This document shows, one piece after another, positions 55,224-60,114 of a stretch of 60,114 nt of DNA. Origin of the DNA: Phoronis australis (lineage: Eukaryota > Animalia > Phoronida). The translations under genes and the position numbers were made by a program. Positions within the stretch are counted from its first letter, which is position 1; every line of letters begins with the position of its first letter. The stretch covers positions 1-60,114 of the forward strand of contig NMRA01001071.1 of NCBI GenBank assembly GCA_002633005.1, given 5' to 3'. The notes below the pieces were generated by a model. The model had not been told where the DNA came from, searched no databases, and was given only the letters and a program-made list of their open reading frames with translations.

Positions 55224-55293
55224 GCTGAGTGGTGTAGTGGTAAACTTGGCGAATCGCAACTGTTGAGGCCCGGGTTCGAATCCGGCCTCGGTT
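55224..55293 (+). pseudogene. tRNA-like cassette inside a repeat
   Basis: tggtgtagtgg ... ggttcgaatcc, acceptor-like pairing gctgag/ctcggt, poor anticodon stem. Confidence 0.7.
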
Positions 55294-55545
55294 TCCCACC
55301 AAAATGTTATCCCACTAGTGAAATAACTTGATGTTTTATTACACGGTTGTATCTGCCATTCGAGGCTAATATTGTGGTATAAACGAAGTTTTCTTGTTAT
55401 AAAGGTTTCACTTTTAGCCAAAGCCATTGAGTTGACTCGTCGGCCACGCGCATTATAATACTTGCAAGGACTGCGTTTCCTGGCCGAGTGTGTGTCGTGC
55501 CTCAACCAAGATAAGTGCGTGATATGAAGTTGAGAAATAAGATAC

Positions 55546-57542
55546 ATATAGATTATTACATGGCGAAGTCGTTATCCCCCGTTATCTAGAGCAAGAGTGG
55601 ATTTTGGAGAATTATCGCGTTAGCCCCGAGGGTGATAATTCTCCAAAATCGTCGAGGGCTCTATATAAGGGGATAACGACTGAGAACATGTAATAATCTA
55701 TTTATACCACATACTAAACGAGAAACATTGCAATGAATCGATCTACCTTTCTCGACTCGCCTCGGCTTTGTAACTACTTTCTATGTCAGAGGCCCGCGGT
55801 CGGAGGCCGTGACCTTTTAAGAAAAGCCGAGCTATTTTTGTCAAATAAAGCTTATACTCAAAACCAATTGGAAATTTAAACAAAATAGACATGAAATGAA
55901 TCTCTAAATTAAGGTTAAGCAACTATTATAGCTTAAAACACGTTTTTTTTCACGCTAAGCTTCGACCGGGAAATTATCGTCTGCTAAAGTAGGTTACCAC
56001 TGGTAACTAAATATAATTATCAAGTCAAAGATCCTGAAGACACGATACCCGCATTCGAACTGGAGATCGGTGATTTACAAGTAAGAGCACATGAGAGAAA
56101 AATTTCACTGAATTAAGATATCATTTTTATGGAAATTTTGTGTCTTATTTTTCGTAGCGTATAAGTACAGTACAATGCGGTTTGTTGAACGTGCGATTAT
56201 TGCGCGTGCTCATTTAAGTATTCTATTTTCATTCTTGATGACGTCAGTCGCTGTGTGGTGTAGTGGTTAAGTCGGCGACCTCCAAACTCCAGGGTACCGG
56301 GTTCGACTCCGTCCTCGGTTTCCCGCCAAATCGTTATCTCACGAGTGAGATAACTTTATGGGTTATTACATGGTTGTATCTGCCATTTGACGCTAATGTT
56401 GTGGTATAAGACAGTTTATGCAATAAAATTTTAAGTTATGCGTTAAAATGAGCTGTCAGTGGAATAAAATTACAAATAATCATTAAAATACTAACTTTGA
56501 CATTTTCAGTCAGTTAAGTTTTGGGTTAGAGTTATGAAATTTGAAATGTAGGTTGCTAGCTCAAACTCTACGACCGGTGCACAAGTTGAAGCACAACTAA
56601 AATCCGCCATTTTTACTATTTTAGGTCCTTAAATTCAGAGTTTTGAGATTGTTTTGAAAATTCCATCTCCAATTCACCACTCATGAGGACAATTAATGTG
56701 ATCAAGGAAAGATAAGGCTTCGAATGTTTATGTAATACCAGACTGAGGGAGGTGAACGCAGATTTTATTTGTATTTTGGACAGTTGAAGTTGGGAGCCTC
56801 TGCTCGGCAAAGCTTTAGTGTCCAACCTTTATGTTTCTTATACTGGTTATGAGTCATCGGGAAATTCGAGCGCCTGTGACTTAAATGAGTACGCACAACA
56901 ATCGCATGTTCAGCAAAGGGCATTGCACCGACATTGATACGCTATGAAAAATAAGTTGCATAATTACCATAAAAACGATATTGTAAATCAGTGAAATTTT
57001 CTCTCGTGTTCTCTCACTTGTAAATCACCTATCTCCAATTTGAATGCGGGTATCGTGTCATCGGGATCCTTTGACTTGAGCATTATAGTCAGTTACTAGT
57101 GGTAACCTACTTTAGCAGACAATATTTTTCCGGTCGAAGCTTAACGTGATAACATGTGTAGTAATCTATAATAGTTTCTAAACCTTAATTTATAGATTTA
57201 CTTTATTTCTATTTTGTTTTATTTTCAATTGGTTTTGAGTAAAAGCATTATTTGACAAAAATAGCTCTGCTTTTCTTAAAAAGGTCAAGACCTCCGACCC
57301 CGGGCCTCTGACATAGAAAGCCAAGGAGAGTCGAGAAAGGTAGATCGATTCAATGTTTCTCGTTCAGTATGTGGTATAAATAGATTTTTACATATTCTCA
57401 GTCGTTACCCCTCTTCTCTAGAGCCCTCGTGAATTTTGTAGAATTATCACCCTCGGGGCTAACGCGATAATACTCCAAAATCCACTCGACCTCTAGATAA
57501 CGGTGGATAACGACTTCGCTACAGCATGTAATAATCTATATT
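55546..57542. mobile_element. ~2-kb foldback element with ~670-bp inverted arms and terminal hairpins
   Basis: 55546-~56220 is the diverged reverse complement of ~56880-57542. Each arm begins with the 160-bp hairpin. Partial copies lie at 54678-55182. Confidence 0.85.
56250..56320 (+). pseudogene. tRNA-like cassette inside a repeat
   Basis: tggtgtagtggttaag ... ggttcgactcc. Confidence 0.65.
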
Positions 57543-58601
57543 AATGCAACGTTCTCGAGCTCGTTTCTTTCCATTATATGCACGAAAACAACGTTGTTAA
57601 TTAAAAAGGGAGTTAATCAATCAATCAAATTTATACACCTGTACACTGCTACGTCAAATGGATTGCAACGAACCAATGAGAGACTGAGTAAATGCATTTA
57701 TGTGTATCGTATGCGAAATGTCGAAAAACTTGTACATGTACTATTTGAAGAGTGTAGCGCACCTGTTTGAGATCAGTCATTGTTCACTCCACTACACACT
57801 GGTGATCCTTGCACATCGCTCCAGCATGACATGTTACAAAACAACATATGAAGCCTGGCCAGAGATCCCATGGTTAGTAGGATTTACCGTAGCCAAATCC
57901 AATACACTACACAACCAATAATAAAAACATACTAAAAGATCGTTCCCGGTTATTTCAAACTTCGTTTTTAAAAATTTAAAACACGGAAGTCTCTTGCAAA
58001 ATTCACGCTTGTGAACATTACGGTGATCTTCGTTACTTAGCAAGCAGTCTAATGACGTACTTGGCGCGTTCCAGGGTGTTGCAAACTACGCAAATTTGTT
58101 ACATGCAAATCAAACCCCACCGTTTGGAGTAAACAAAGTTAACCGGTCACTGCCGGTATTTTTATCCTTGAACTGCGCATGTCAAATATTATAAGCAAAA
58201 GTTTCGGGACTTAAATGTTCACCATAAGCTTAGATATATATAGTATGTCTGAGTTATAAGTCAATGAAGCATAAACTGATTCCAAGATTAATCTAAGGGG
58301 CCCGCCTGAGCTGTCCGCGTACGTCTGGTACAATGAGTACTGGATCGCCTGCAATTGCTTTTTATTTTACAAAAATTACATTCAGGGTGCAAGTAGGATA
58401 AACTGTACGGCCGTGCTGTCCGTAAATCAGAGACCCTAGCGAAAACGCATGATCACGCAAAACTTCACGAGAAGTCGTCATTATTACGTCACTCAAAACA
58501 CGTGATCACGCTAGCTTTTTGCTCGAGAATCTTAGTTGCATCTGCTGAGCTCAACCCTGTCTAGGTGCTACCTATACAAGTTTCTGATAACGGTACTTTA
58601 C

Positions 58602-58713
58602 CTGCGGATCTTCAACACCTTATGGACAACTTCTATACTTCTTGCAATTGGGCATGTACCGAAGTAATACCAAGTTTTCCCGCCATCAAACGTCCTGTAC
58701 CCCGCCTCTCCGC
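58602..58713 (-). CDS. Putative 112-bp coding exon (paralogue C) with an Asp-box-like motif
   Basis: ctcacag|exon|gtaaag, encoding (G)GEAGYRTFDGGKTWYYFGTCPIARSIEVVHKVLKIR. Paralogue of 18571-18682. Confidence 0.6.
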
Positions 58714-60114
58714 CTGTGAGCGAATTGTTGGAGCAGTAGTGCTTTGATATCGTGTCATTTAAAAAACAAAACGACGAATTGAATATTGAATTACGGAAGA
58801 CCCAGGCCTGTGAAAGACTATGCTCTCCATCGTATCGCAGGGCCACCCATAAATTACACAATGGTAAATAAAAACAAATAAAAGATACGCAGCAAATATG
58901 GCGAACAAATAAACAGACATGCGAAATGAAATTTTCACTCAAACAACAAATAGTATTTTGTCGCCGTTGGAAGTCTTAACTAAACTATTAAGCAGGTTTA
59001 CAAACATAGCAGTTGGCATTGGTGTAATCAAGATCATAATCATCAAAGCAACGATTTCTATAATACGCGTATAAACCTTGTCAAAGACACAGCACGGTTA
59101 TCTAAAATATTATACAGAATTTTATTTAAAATGATTCTTAGAACAGAAGTTTGTAATAGAGTTCTTTGTCAGGTGTAATCTTGGCAAATGATAGAACGAG
59201 CGGTAATGTTGAAAGTATCGAAATAGTTCAGTAGCATGTTAGTAACACATTTATAACAGGATTTGATAACGGGTGCCTTATATAAATATTCTATTGGGTA
59301 AGGGCTCAGAGTGAGTATTATAATTATTTGCAAGCATTTCCAATTCTAATTAACTTTCTTTCGAAACCAAATAATGCTTACGTTCGCTGTTTCATACCAT
59401 TATTCCATAATACAGATGAAGCAATATGTTACACAATAGACTCAACATTGAATATGAGATGCAGTGTTTAAAACACCAGAAAATTAAACTATTTAAGCTA
59501 GGGATGTGATTTACACAAGACAAATTTTCTTGAATAATTATTCCTAACCAATTGAATGTTTTAGTCCTTTCTCTATCAGTTTTGTAATTGAGATACTGAA
59601 ATTAAATTTAGAGTTACGACGGGAACGAAAAATCATATATTTGGATTTGTTTAAATTGAGGAATAGCTGATCAGATACATATTTCTAGTCCTGAATTGTA
59701 ATATCATTATAATTGCCAATGATCAGAGCTGCCATCTGCATATAGAATACAGTTAAACAAGTCAGTACAAAACGTGAGACCATTCACATAATTGTTGAGT
59801 AAGAGATGTCCTAAAATGGAAACTCTAGGAACACCTTGTGCAATTGGAATCGCTTCAGATTTCATACTTTCTAATTTAACAAATTGAGAACGATTGAAAA
59901 AATAATTACGTCTTCATTTTAAAATTGAACGGCAATCATACAATTATAATTTCTCAAGTAAAATTTGAAAGAGTAATTGAAACAAAAGCCTTAGTGATAG
60001 ATCAAAGAAGGTCAAGGACTGGCTTGTTATCATTTTCCATGCTCTTAACAATTCTTTCCAAAATTTCAACCCGTGCCAGGTGTGAAGAATGCTCGTTAAT
60101 AAAATCTTATTGTG

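Noticed and set aside
54951-56320. Functional tRNA genes
   Set aside because: Anticodon arms are inconsistent between copies and pair poorly, and the copies are embedded in repeats.

Overview
AT-rich eukaryotic genomic DNA, not prokaryotic. The repeat types suggest a marine invertebrate such as an echinoderm, but this is inference and cannot be fixed from the sequence alone. I find no long intact ORF, and most ORFs in the supplied track are spurious. The window is a mosaic of three things. (1) Decayed transposons: a hAT element with a THAP12/P52rIPK-like transposase remnant, a Hero-like RLE non-LTR retrotransposon, a Penelope GIY-YIG fragment with a degenerate hammerhead, a 5'-truncated L1/Tx1 with a TSD, Kolobok/THAP elements, and palindromic TIR elements carrying tRNA-like cassettes. 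(2) Nested segmental duplications holding three partial, mostly pseudogenised paralogues of a minus-strand multi-exon gene for a secreted protein (signal-peptide exons at 20662-20755 and 46832-46925), plus two copies of a decayed plus-strand multi-exon gene fragment. (3) Two N-separated tandem duplications that look like assembly artefacts. All alignments and translations were done by eye, so boundaries are approximate unless a TSD, TIR or splice site is quoted. I cannot support a claim of a new biological system; the best lead is the unidentified secreted-protein gene family.
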